Notes under the pieces: model-generated
Database searches by the model: none
What the model saw: the letters and a program-made list of their open reading frames with translations, nothing else
What the model was told of the DNA's origin: nothing
Source: Oscillospiraceae bacterium UBA1230
GTDB taxonomy: Bacteria; Bacillota; Clostridia; Oscillospirales; Oscillospiraceae
Reading direction: 5' to 3'
DNA: 33,112 bases
NCBI GenBank assembly: GCA_002309395.1
Contig: DBWU01000062.1
Coordinates: forward strand, 3,339-36,450
Translations under genes and position numbers: made by a program
Part shown: in pieces, positions 16,995 through 24,817 of the stretch
Layout of the letters: every line of letters starts with the position of its first letter
Position numbering within the stretch: the stretch's first letter is position 1

Positions 16995-17732
16995 ATGAAC
17001 GTGATGAAACGCACCTTTGTCGCTCTGTTTGCCGCGCTGGCGCTGCTGTGCGCCGCCATTCCCGCCGCCTTTGCCGCCACGGTGTATGAGGACGGCTCCT
17101 ATACGGCGTCCTTGACCTTTGAAGGCGGCACCGGGCGGATCGTGTGGAACTCCCCCGTCGCCGTTACGGTGGAGGGCGGCGTACTGTACGCCGATCTTGT
17201 CATGAGCAAGCCCGGCGGCGATACGCCCTCGGTGGAGTGGATGGAATATAACGGCGTGCGCTATACCGCCCAGGTGGACGCAAACGCCAAAACCTGTTCC
17301 TTCTACCGTGTCCCCGTAACGGATCCGGCGCGGATGGCGGTCAGCGCCAACACCACCGCCATGTCCAGTGAACACGTGGTGGACTACACCCTTCATCTGA
17401 ACGTGTCCGCCATTCCCACCGTCAGCGAAAGCAGCTCCTCTGTCTCCCAGCCGGCGCAGGAGGACGACACGCCGAAGGACGCCCCACTGCCGGAGGATGA
17501 GGAATTCATCGATCCGGAAACGGCGGACGAAGAGATGGTCATATTGGAAACGGACGACGGCGCTTTGGACGGCGACGTGCTGACCACCGGCGCGCTGCCG
17601 GAGAGCGAATCCTCCTCCGGCGCACTGTCCGTTCCGGCGATCATCGCCATCGCCGCCGGCGGCGTGATCGTGCTGGGCGGCGGCGCGTACCTGCTGCTGC
17701 GCCGCAGAAAGAGCAATTCCGATGAAGCGTGA
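16995..17732 (+). CDS. Secreted, C-terminally membrane-anchored protein with a NEAT/Shp-like beta domain and an acidic stalk
   Basis: Signal peptide ending AFA, EDGSYTA..EGGTGR..SP..VTV...TTAMS.EH.VDY domain, D/E-rich linker, TM helix and RRRK tail. ATG 16995 behind GAGGAGG. Confidence 0.75.
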   Translation: MNVMKRTFVALFAALALLCAAIPAAFAATVYEDGSYTASLTFEGGTGRIVWNSPVAVTVEGGVLYADLVMSKPGGDTPSVEWMEYNGVRYTAQVDANAKTCSFYRVPVTDPARMAVSANTTAMSSEHVVDYTLHLNVSAIPTVSESSSSVSQPAQEDDTPKDAPLPEDEEFIDPETADEEMVILETDDGALDGDVLTTGALPESESSSGALSVPAIIAIAAGGVIVLGGGAYLLLRRRKSNSDEA

Positions 17733-18873
17733 TTTCCGGCCGCGCCGTCTCCTCTCGTGGGGTCTGGCGCTTCTCACGGCGCTGTCTCTTACCGCCTGCG
17801 GCGGCAGAGTCGACGCCGGCGGCGCGCCCGCGGTGGGGGATCTGGTCTATACGGATACCCTGCCCCTCGCCTACGCCGATCAATTCGCCGTTTACCACTA
17901 TAAGGGCGGCTATACCCTCATCGACATTTTCGGCAGCGAGCGGCTGCTGGTGGTGCCGGAGGGCAAGGCGGAGCCGAAGGGTCTGGACGCGGATGTGATA
18001 GTGATCCGTCAGCCGTTGGAGCGCATCTACCTGGCGGCGACCTCCGCCATGGCGCTTTTTGACGCGATGGACGCGCTGGACGCGATCTCCTTCGTGGGCA
18101 GTCGGGACTGGTACACGGAAAATGCCGTCCGGGCGCTGGAGGAAGGCCGTGTGCAATACGCCGGAAAATACAGCGCCCCGGACTATGAGATGCTGCTGGA
18201 CGGCGGGTGCTCTCTGGCGGTGGAATCCACCATGATCCTCCACAACCCGGAGGTAAAAGAGAAGCTGATCGAGCTGGGGATCCCCGCCATGGTGGAGCGT
18301 TCCAGCTACGAAAGCCACCCGCTGGGCCGCACCGAGTGGATCAAGGTCTACGGCGCGCTGTTGGGCAAGGAGGCGGAGGCGGTGGCGTTGTTCAACGCCG
18401 AAGCCGATAAGATCCGGGCGCTGGACGGCTTGGCGGACACCGGCAAAACGGTGGCGTTCTTCTACGTCAGCTCCGGCGGCAGTGTGGTGACCTACAAGGC
18501 CAACGGCTACGTTCCGGCGATGATCCGCATTGCCGGCGGCGAATATATTTTTTCTACCCTGGGTCTGGAGGACGACAGCAAGCTCAGCAGTGTGAACATG
18601 ACCATGGAGGAGTTCTACGCCTCCGCCGCCCAAGCGGATATCGTGATCTACAACTGCTCCATCGCCTCCCAGCTCCGCTCGCTGGAGGAGTTTCTCGCGC
18701 TGAACCCGGTGCTGTCCGATCTCAAGGCGGTACGGGACGGGAACGTCTGGTGTACCACCCAGAGCATGTTCCAGCAGACCGATAAGATGGGCACCATCAT
18801 CGAGGAGATGAACGCCATCTTCACCGGCGCCCCGTCGGAGCGGGATATGACGTATATTTTCAAATTACAGTAG
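17722..18873 (+). CDS. ABC transporter substrate-binding lipoprotein (BtuF/FecB-like; probably a corrinoid substrate)
   Basis: Lipobox LTAC, YAGKYSAPDYE and SSYESHPLGRTEWIK motifs. Lies downstream of a B12 riboswitch. Confidence 0.88.
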   Translation: MKRDFRPRRLLSWGLALLTALSLTACGGRVDAGGAPAVGDLVYTDTLPLAYADQFAVYHYKGGYTLIDIFGSERLLVVPEGKAEPKGLDADVIVIRQPLERIYLAATSAMALFDAMDALDAISFVGSRDWYTENAVRALEEGRVQYAGKYSAPDYEMLLDGGCSLAVESTMILHNPEVKEKLIELGIPAMVERSSYESHPLGRTEWIKVYGALLGKEAEAVALFNAEADKIRALDGLADTGKTVAFFYVSSGGSVVTYKANGYVPAMIRIAGGEYIFSTLGLEDDSKLSSVNMTMEEFYASAAQADIVIYNCSIASQLRSLEEFLALNPVLSDLKAVRDGNVWCTTQSMFQQTDKMGTIIEEMNAIFTGAPSERDMTYIFKLQ

Positions 18874-18886
18874 GAAGGAGACCGCC

Positions 18887-19927
18887 ATGGGAACGGCGCT
18901 TTCCGAAAAATCCATCACGCGACGCACCCGCTACGCCGCTGTGTTTGCCGGGCTGATCGCGGCGGCGCTGGCGCTGACGGTGTGGAACATCAATTCCGGC
19001 AGCGTCCGCATCGGCGTGGGCGACATCGTCCGCATCCTGCTGACCGGCGAGGGCGACGTCACACAGGTGAATATCATCTGGAAACTTCGTCTGCCCCGGA
19101 TCATCGCCGCGGCGGTACTGGGCGGCGGTCTGGCACTGTCCGGCTTTTTGATGCAAACGTTTTTCTCCAATCCCATCGCCGGTCCCTTCGTGCTGGGCAT
19201 CTCTTCCGGCTCCAAGCTGGCGGTGGCGGTCAGCATGATCACGGCGCTGCGGTTTGCCCCCTCCTTCTCCTCGTGGCTGCTGGTGGCGGCGGCGTTTGCC
19301 GGCGCGCTGGCGGCGATGGGCTTCGTGCTGTTGGCGGCGCGTTCCATCCGGCAGATGTCCATGCTGCTGGTGGCTGGCATTATGATCAGCTATATCTGCT
19401 CCGCCGTTACGGAGTTTCTTATCACCTTCGCCAAGGATTCGGACATCGTGAATCTCCACACCTGGGCGCAGGGCAGCTTCTCCGGCACCAAGTGGGAGGA
19501 CGTGCGGTTCTTCTCGCTGCTCATCGCGGCGTGCTTTGCGGCGACGTTCCTGCTGGCAAAGCCCATCGGCGCGTATCAGTTGGGCGAATCCTACGCCCAG
19601 AGTCTGGGTGTAAACGTAAAGCACTTCCGCGTAGTGCTGATCCTGCTCTCCAGCCTGATCGCCGGCTGTGTCACCGCCTTTGCCGGCCCCATCTCCTTTG
19701 TGGGCATCGCGGTGCCGCATCTTGTGAAGCTGCTGCTCAAAACCGCCAAGCCGCTGGTAGTGATCCCCGCGTCCTTCCTCGGCGGCGCCGTATTCTGCCT
19801 GTTTTGCGACTATATCGCCCGCACCGCCTTTGCGCCGGTAGAGCTGTCCATCAGCACCGTGACGGCGCTGTTCGGCGCGCCGGTGGTCATCGTGATGCTG
19901 CTGAAGCGGCACGGCGGCAAACTGTAA
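18887..19927 (+). CDS. ABC transporter permease, FecCD/BtuC family
   Basis: LRLPR, QTFFSNPIAGPFVLGISSG, LGESYAQSLGV and GPISFVGIAVPH motifs. Confidence 0.92.
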   Translation: MGTALSEKSITRRTRYAAVFAGLIAAALALTVWNINSGSVRIGVGDIVRILLTGEGDVTQVNIIWKLRLPRIIAAAVLGGGLALSGFLMQTFFSNPIAGPFVLGISSGSKLAVAVSMITALRFAPSFSSWLLVAAAFAGALAAMGFVLLAARSIRQMSMLLVAGIMISYICSAVTEFLITFAKDSDIVNLHTWAQGSFSGTKWEDVRFFSLLIAACFAATFLLAKPIGAYQLGESYAQSLGVNVKHFRVVLILLSSLIAGCVTAFAGPISFVGIAVPHLVKLLLKTAKPLVVIPASFLGGAVFCLFCDYIARTAFAPVELSISTVTALFGAPVVIVMLLKRHGGKL

Positions 19928-19940
19928 AGGGGGCGGCGGT

Positions 19941-21038
19941 ATGGACGGTTACTATTTCCGCACCTCGGATCTGACGGTGGGTTACAACGGCGTGCCGCTG
20001 ATCCGCGATATTGAGATCCGTCTCCGGCGCGGCGAGATCCTGACGCTGATCGGCCCCAACGGATCGGGCAAATCCACCATTTTAAAGAGCATCACCCGGC
20101 ACCTCGCCGCCCTGCGGGGCGACAGCTATATTGCCGACGCCTCCGTGGGCGCCATGAGCTACCGTTCCCTGTCCCGGCAGATGGCGGTGGTGCTGACCGA
20201 CCGGATCCGGGGCGAGCTTCTGACCTGTTACGACGTGGTGGCGTCGGGCCGTTATCCCTACACCGACCTTCTGGGCGTCTTACGCCCGCAGGACCGGCAG
20301 AAGGTGCTGGACGCCATGGAACAGGTACACGCCGCCGATCTGGCGGAGCGGGATTTCGCCGCCGTCAGCGACGGACAGCGCCAGCGGATCCTGCTGGCGC
20401 GCGCCCTGTGTCAGGAGCCGGAGATCCTGGTGCTGGACGAGCCCACTTCGTTTCTGGATATCCGCCACAAGCTGGAGCTGTTGAGCATTTTACGCGCCAT
20501 GGCGAAGGAAAAGGGCATCACCGTGATCCTCTCCCTCCACGAGATCGATCTGGCGCAGAAGATCTCCGACAAAGTGATGTGCGTTCGCGGCGAGACCATT
20601 GAGCATTTCGGTACGCCGGAGGAGATCTTCCGGGAGGACGTGCTCGCGCCGCTGTACGGTATTGCGCCCGCGTCCTACAACATCACCTTCGGCAGCGTGG
20701 AGCTGCCGCCGCCCCCCGGTACGCCGGACGTGTTCGTGATCTCCGGCGGCGGCACCGGCGCCGCCGCGTTCCGCCGTCTCCAGCGGGAGGGACGCCCCTT
20801 TTACACCGGGATCCTCTATACCAACGACGTGGACTATGCCGTTGCCCGGAGTCTTGCCGGGCGTGTCTTCTCCGCGCCGCCGTTTGAGCCGGTGGGCGAG
20901 GATCTCTACCTCCCGGCGGAGGACGCCATGCGCTCGTGCCATACCGTACTCTATACCGGCACGCCGATCGGAACGCATAACCGGCATATCGCCAGACTGC
21001 TGGACCGGGCGGCTTCTCTGGGACTGTTGCGTACGTAA
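19941..21038 (+). CDS. ABC transporter ATPase, BtuD/FecE family, with a C-terminal extension
   Basis: Walker A GPNGSGKST, signature VSDGQ, Walker B LVLDEPT, H-loop LHE, and about 110 extra C-terminal residues. Confidence 0.92.
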   Translation: MDGYYFRTSDLTVGYNGVPLIRDIEIRLRRGEILTLIGPNGSGKSTILKSITRHLAALRGDSYIADASVGAMSYRSLSRQMAVVLTDRIRGELLTCYDVVASGRYPYTDLLGVLRPQDRQKVLDAMEQVHAADLAERDFAAVSDGQRQRILLARALCQEPEILVLDEPTSFLDIRHKLELLSILRAMAKEKGITVILSLHEIDLAQKISDKVMCVRGETIEHFGTPEEIFREDVLAPLYGIAPASYNITFGSVELPPPPGTPDVFVISGGGTGAAAFRRLQREGRPFYTGILYTNDVDYAVARSLAGRVFSAPPFEPVGEDLYLPAEDAMRSCHTVLYTGTPIGTHNRHIARLLDRAASLGLLRT

Positions 21039-21075
21039 ACCCTGTCACAAGGGTCAAAATAAAAGGAGGAACACT

Positions 21076-22833
21076 ATGAAACACCTGATGAAAACACTCT
21101 CGGCACTGCTTTTGATCGCGGTGCTGACGCTGGGCGCCGCGGTGCCGGCACTGGCGCTTCCCGCCGCGCTTGACGACGGCACTTATACCCCGGCGAGCCT
21201 TACGTCCAGCCTGAGCATGTTCAAGTTTACCAACGACTATCGCGTGGTCGTCAACGGCGATCAGGCGTGGTTGGTGGTCACCAGCACCACCAACCGGTAC
21301 GACCGGATGATCCTGGCGGCGCACAGCGACGGACTGACGGCGGATTCCGGCGTGCAGGGTATCCCCGTGATGGACAACGACACCGTCAGCGGCTATACGT
21401 TTGCCGCGCCCCTTACAAAAACCGCGCTGCTGGACGCCATTGGCAACGGCGGCGTCATCGTCTATACCCTGCGCTATCGCGCCGATTATACCGACAGCTC
21501 GGGCAGCTCCGCCAACGCCGGCAAATGGTATAAGGGCAAGAACGCGGACTACTACTTCACCCTCGGCGCCCTTGAAAAAACCAGCACGTCTACCGAGCTG
21601 CCCTCCGCCACCGGCTCCGGCGACGGCGGGCAGATTCCCGGCGGCGGCGACCTTGTCGCCAGCGGCACGGAGCTGACCGTCACCAACACCACCAATATGT
21701 TCAAGGCGGTCAGCGCCTCACTGCAGACCCGTGGCGAGCAGCTGTATCTCGTGGTGGCGCTGAACGGCGCCTCGTACCGCAATCTGTTCCCCGGCACATA
21801 CGAGGAGGCCGTGGCGAACGGCGACCGGCGGGAAAACTGGATCAGCGGCACGGTCAACGGCAGCGGCAAGTATGAGTTCGCGCTGCCGCTGGCAAAGGAT
21901 CAGACCGTTGTGCCGGCGGTCTCCATCTCCGGCTCCTATCTCGCCAAATACGAGAAGGGCGAGAGCCCCCTCGCGCGTGCCTTCTACCCCCGTCAGTTCG
22001 TCATCGACTACGAGGCGCAGACCCTGACGGTGGGCGACTGGGAAGATGTACTGCCGTTGGCGGTGACCAACGAGGTCAAGATGTTCAAGGTATCCGGCGC
22101 GGCGCTGCACACCGTGGGCGGCGTCAACTCCAACAACTACAAAACGGAGCTGGTGCTGACCATGGGCAGTACCTCCTTCGACAAGGCGTATATCGGCTCC
22201 GGCAGTGACATCGGCGAGGGCGCCGCGCTGATCGAGCTGAATGAGAGCAACGCGTTCGTCCTGCCCCTCCGCCATGTGGAAACCGCCGGCGATCCCGACA
22301 GTGTGGTGAGCCTGCTGGAGCTGCCGCTGGTGGTCAGCTTCCATTCGGTGAAAAAGGACGTCTGGTATGACCGGGTCCTCACGACCAGCGAACAGGGCGG
22401 CACGTTGGTGATCCGTGAGAGAAGCGACTATCAGGTTGCCGGCGCCGAAGAGCAGGCAACGCCCGTATGGAAATGGAACGGCGGTTCCGATGCGGATCTG
22501 ACCGTCACCGTCGTCCGGCAGGAGGATGACGCCGCCACACTCGACCACTTTGTCGGCGTGCTGATGGACGGCAAGGTCGTTCCCGCCGCCAACTATTCCG
22601 TCCGCTCCGGCAGTCTGATCCTCACCTTCCAGCCGTCGTACCTTCGCACCCTCTCCGACGGCGCCCACACCGTTTCCGTCCTCTTTGACGACGGGCAGGT
22701 TTCCGCCTCCCTGACGGTGAAAGGCGCGCTGACCTCTCCCAATACCGGAGATACCGGCGTTGTGGTCTGGCTGCTTGCCGCCGCCCTCTCGCTGACCGCC
22801 GCAGCGCTTCTTCTGCGCCGGAAAGCGGTTTAA
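21076..22833 (+). CDS. Sortase-anchored surface protein with three NEAT-like repeats and an Ig-like (X2-like) domain
   Basis: ATG 21076 behind AGGAGG, signal peptide, three repeats each with an MFK motif, Ig-like SGSLILTFQPSYLRTLSDGAHTVSVLF, then SPNTG, hydrophobic helix and RRK. Confidence 0.82.
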   Translation: MKHLMKTLSALLLIAVLTLGAAVPALALPAALDDGTYTPASLTSSLSMFKFTNDYRVVVNGDQAWLVVTSTTNRYDRMILAAHSDGLTADSGVQGIPVMDNDTVSGYTFAAPLTKTALLDAIGNGGVIVYTLRYRADYTDSSGSSANAGKWYKGKNADYYFTLGALEKTSTSTELPSATGSGDGGQIPGGGDLVASGTELTVTNTTNMFKAVSASLQTRGEQLYLVVALNGASYRNLFPGTYEEAVANGDRRENWISGTVNGSGKYEFALPLAKDQTVVPAVSISGSYLAKYEKGESPLARAFYPRQFVIDYEAQTLTVGDWEDVLPLAVTNEVKMFKVSGAALHTVGGVNSNNYKTELVLTMGSTSFDKAYIGSGSDIGEGAALIELNESNAFVLPLRHVETAGDPDSVVSLLELPLVVSFHSVKKDVWYDRVLTTSEQGGTLVIRERSDYQVAGAEEQATPVWKWNGGSDADLTVTVVRQEDDAATLDHFVGVLMDGKVVPAANYSVRSGSLILTFQPSYLRTLSDGAHTVSVLFDDGQVSASLTVKGALTSPNTGDTGVVVWLLAAALSLTAAALLLRRKAV

Positions 22834-22858
22834 CTCCCGCGTCTTCATAGCATTCCAC

Positions 22859-23246
22859 GCAGGGGGGCGGCTGTCATCAGCCGCCCCCCCTGCATCGTCC
22901 CCAACGTCCAAACCGCACTCCCCCACGCACCAATCCTCCGCGACAGAGCCGAGCGCCCCTTTTTGCGCGACGGTAGATGCAGTATCCTTCGTCACCGGCA
23001 TATCTTGCAATTCCCCCGCCCCGCGGCGCAGCGCTCATACAATAACACACCGACCGCGGAAAGGAAGCCGTGAAACCATGGGTTTCGCGCGGCGTCTTTG
23101 CCTACTTTCTCCGCTGCCGGAGAAAGTAGGGCGCCGCAGGCTCCCCCGTATTTCTTTCGTTTTTTCCCCCACATTCCCCTTCGTATTTTCCCCCGATCTC
23201 CCCCTGCACAGCAACGCACCCTGCCGCGGATCGCTCCGCTGCAGGG
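22859..23246. repeat. Palindrome-rich intergenic element (REP/MITE-like or structured RNA)
   Basis: Hairpins at 22859-22893 (GCAGGGGGGCGGCTG/CAGCCGCCCCCCCTGC), 23072-23086 and 23101-23130 (CCTACTTTCTCCG/CGGAGAAAGTAGG). No credible ORF. Confidence 0.45.
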
Positions 23247-23267
23247 TGTTTCGTTTCTGTTGATCGC

Positions 23268-24443
23268 TCAATCCTCCCGTACTACCGGCGTGATGCGCCA
23301 ATCCTCGCCGCACGGCGGCGGCACCGGGCACGCCAGCGCATAGAGATCGCTCCACCGCGCCTCCCGGGCAAACAGCGCCGCCGCTTCCGCTCCCAGCCTG
23401 TCCACGTCCGCCGCCTTGGTCAAAACCGGCGCGTTTTCCATCCGGCGCAGAACTTCCCTGCCGGTGGCGCTGACGGCCAAAAGCCGCAGATACGGCACGC
23501 TCTTCCCTGCCGGCGGCAGATCCAGCCACGCATGGAGCATCATCCGCCGCAACCGCGCTGCGGGGTACCGTTTCGTCGCGGCTTGTGCCAACAGCTCCTC
23601 TATACTGCCGCTTTGGCGCACGGCGCGGTAAAACCGGTGATACAGTCCCTCGCCGCCGCCGTCAAACCGGGCAAACGCCTCCTCGTCCATCCGCCGCAGG
23701 TGATCGAGCACCGCCCGTTCACCATTTGCCGTCCGCGCCGGGGCGCGTCCTGCCTCGATCTCCCGGCGCAATATCTCCGCCGCCTCGCTCGGCAGTAAAC
23801 CGAGCGCCTGGTCCGTCTCCCCCCGGTAAAGCAGTTGCCGCAGCAGCGCGCCGGACGGCACGCCGTCACAGAGCTCGCCGTCGTGCTGGGCGCCGCGCCG
23901 CCGGATCGCCACCGGGCGGATGGCGCTGCCTGCGAGGGCGCGCAGATATTCCACCGCCAAAATGTCGTTGGGTCGCTCCAACAGCGCCCCGTACCGCTCC
24001 CCCAACAGCGCGCCCACAGCCGCCTGACGGCGCACGGCAAAGGGCAGCTCCTCCCCCTGCCGGGAAAGGGCGCGGCGGTACGCCTCGCTGTCAAGGACCC
24101 CGGCCACCGCCTCCAGCGCCGCCAGATCGCCGCTTTCACTGCCAAAGGCCAGCTCCGTGACCACGCCGGCGGCGCGCAGGATCGCCACGCCGCCCCTGGC
24201 AAAGGTCTCGGCGGACGATGCCGCCCAGGGCGTGGGGATCTCGAACACCAGATCCGCGCCGCACCGCAGCGCCATCTCCGCCCGTGCCGCCTTTCCTGCC
24301 ACCGCCGCCTCGCCACGCTGGACGAAATGGCCGCTCATGGCGCACACCACGGCGTCCGCGCCGCGGCGGCGAAGCTCCCCGATCATATACGCGTGCCCTG
24401 CGTGAAACGGGTTATATTCGCATATAATACCTGCAACGTTCAT
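23268..24443 (-). CDS. tmcAL: tRNA(Met) cytidine acetate ligase (YlbM/UPF0348 family)
   Basis: GIICEYNPFHAGH (HIGH-like), MSGHFVQRGE, FGSE, PNDILAVEY and KRYPAARLRR motifs. Confidence 0.9.
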   Translation of the reverse strand: MNVAGIICEYNPFHAGHAYMIGELRRRGADAVVCAMSGHFVQRGEAAVAGKAARAEMALRCGADLVFEIPTPWAASSAETFARGGVAILRAAGVVTELAFGSESGDLAALEAVAGVLDSEAYRRALSRQGEELPFAVRRQAAVGALLGERYGALLERPNDILAVEYLRALAGSAIRPVAIRRRGAQHDGELCDGVPSGALLRQLLYRGETDQALGLLPSEAAEILRREIEAGRAPARTANGERAVLDHLRRMDEEAFARFDGGGEGLYHRFYRAVRQSGSIEELLAQAATKRYPAARLRRMMLHAWLDLPPAGKSVPYLRLLAVSATGREVLRRMENAPVLTKAADVDRLGAEAAALFAREARWSDLYALACPVPPPCGEDWRITPVVRED

Positions 24444-24484
24444 AGAAAACTTCCTCGCGCCGTTTCAAAGGATCTTTTGCTCCC

Positions 24485-24547
24485 ATTGTACCCGATTTCA
24501 CCGCCGAATGCAACGCCCTTGACAGGCGCTTCCAAAGCTGGCACAAT
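24485..24547. promoter_or_regulatory. Back-to-back sigma-A promoters for tmcAL (minus) and the small Cys-rich ORF (plus)
   Basis: Minus strand TTGCAT-N17-TACAAT (24485-24513) and plus strand TTGACA-N17-CACAAT (24519-24547). Confidence 0.6.
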
Positions 24548-24571
24548 AAAGCGGTAAGGGGGCGGTGGCTC

Positions 24572-24742
24572 ATGGATCGGTGCGAAAACTGCCAGTTCTA
24601 CCAATATGACGAGGAATACGACGACTATTTCTGCGATGCGGCGCTGGACGAGGACGATATGGCGCGGTTCGTTGCCTCCCAAACGCGGGATTGCCCTTTC
24701 TGGCGACCGGGCGACGACTACCGCACCGCCCGTCGGCAATAG
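24572..24742 (+). CDS. 56-aa acidic four-cysteine protein (DUF6472-like); not in the ORF track
   Basis: MDRCENCQFYQYDEEYDDYFCDAALDEDDMARFVASQTRDCPFWRPGDDYRTARRQ, with a G-rich RBS and a promoter upstream. Confidence 0.8.
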   Translation: MDRCENCQFYQYDEEYDDYFCDAALDEDDMARFVASQTRDCPFWRPGDDYRTARRQ

Positions 24743-24752
24743 GCGCGGACCC

Positions 24753-24781
24753 TTGACGGCGCCGCGGTTTTTGGCTACAAT
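24753..24781 (+). promoter_or_regulatory. Sigma-A promoter of obgE
   Basis: TTGACG-N17-TACAAT. Confidence 0.6.
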
Positions 24782-24817
24782 ACACGCAGGACGGGTTCGT
24801 CCGGGAGGATAACGACA

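Noticed and set aside
17595-17609. LPESE as a sortase motif in the stalked protein
   Set aside because: It lacks the TG of LPxTG; a plain C-terminal membrane anchor explains the sequence
17722-21038. Iron-siderophore or heme specificity for the ABC transporter
   Set aside because: The family is shared, but the operon is led by a cobalamin riboswitch and I saw no Fur-box-like site at the promoter. A corrinoid-related substrate is preferred though unproven, so no btu symbols were assigned.
22834-23267. CRISPR array or transposase remnant
   Set aside because: No regularly spaced direct repeats and no transposase-like translation in the short ORFs
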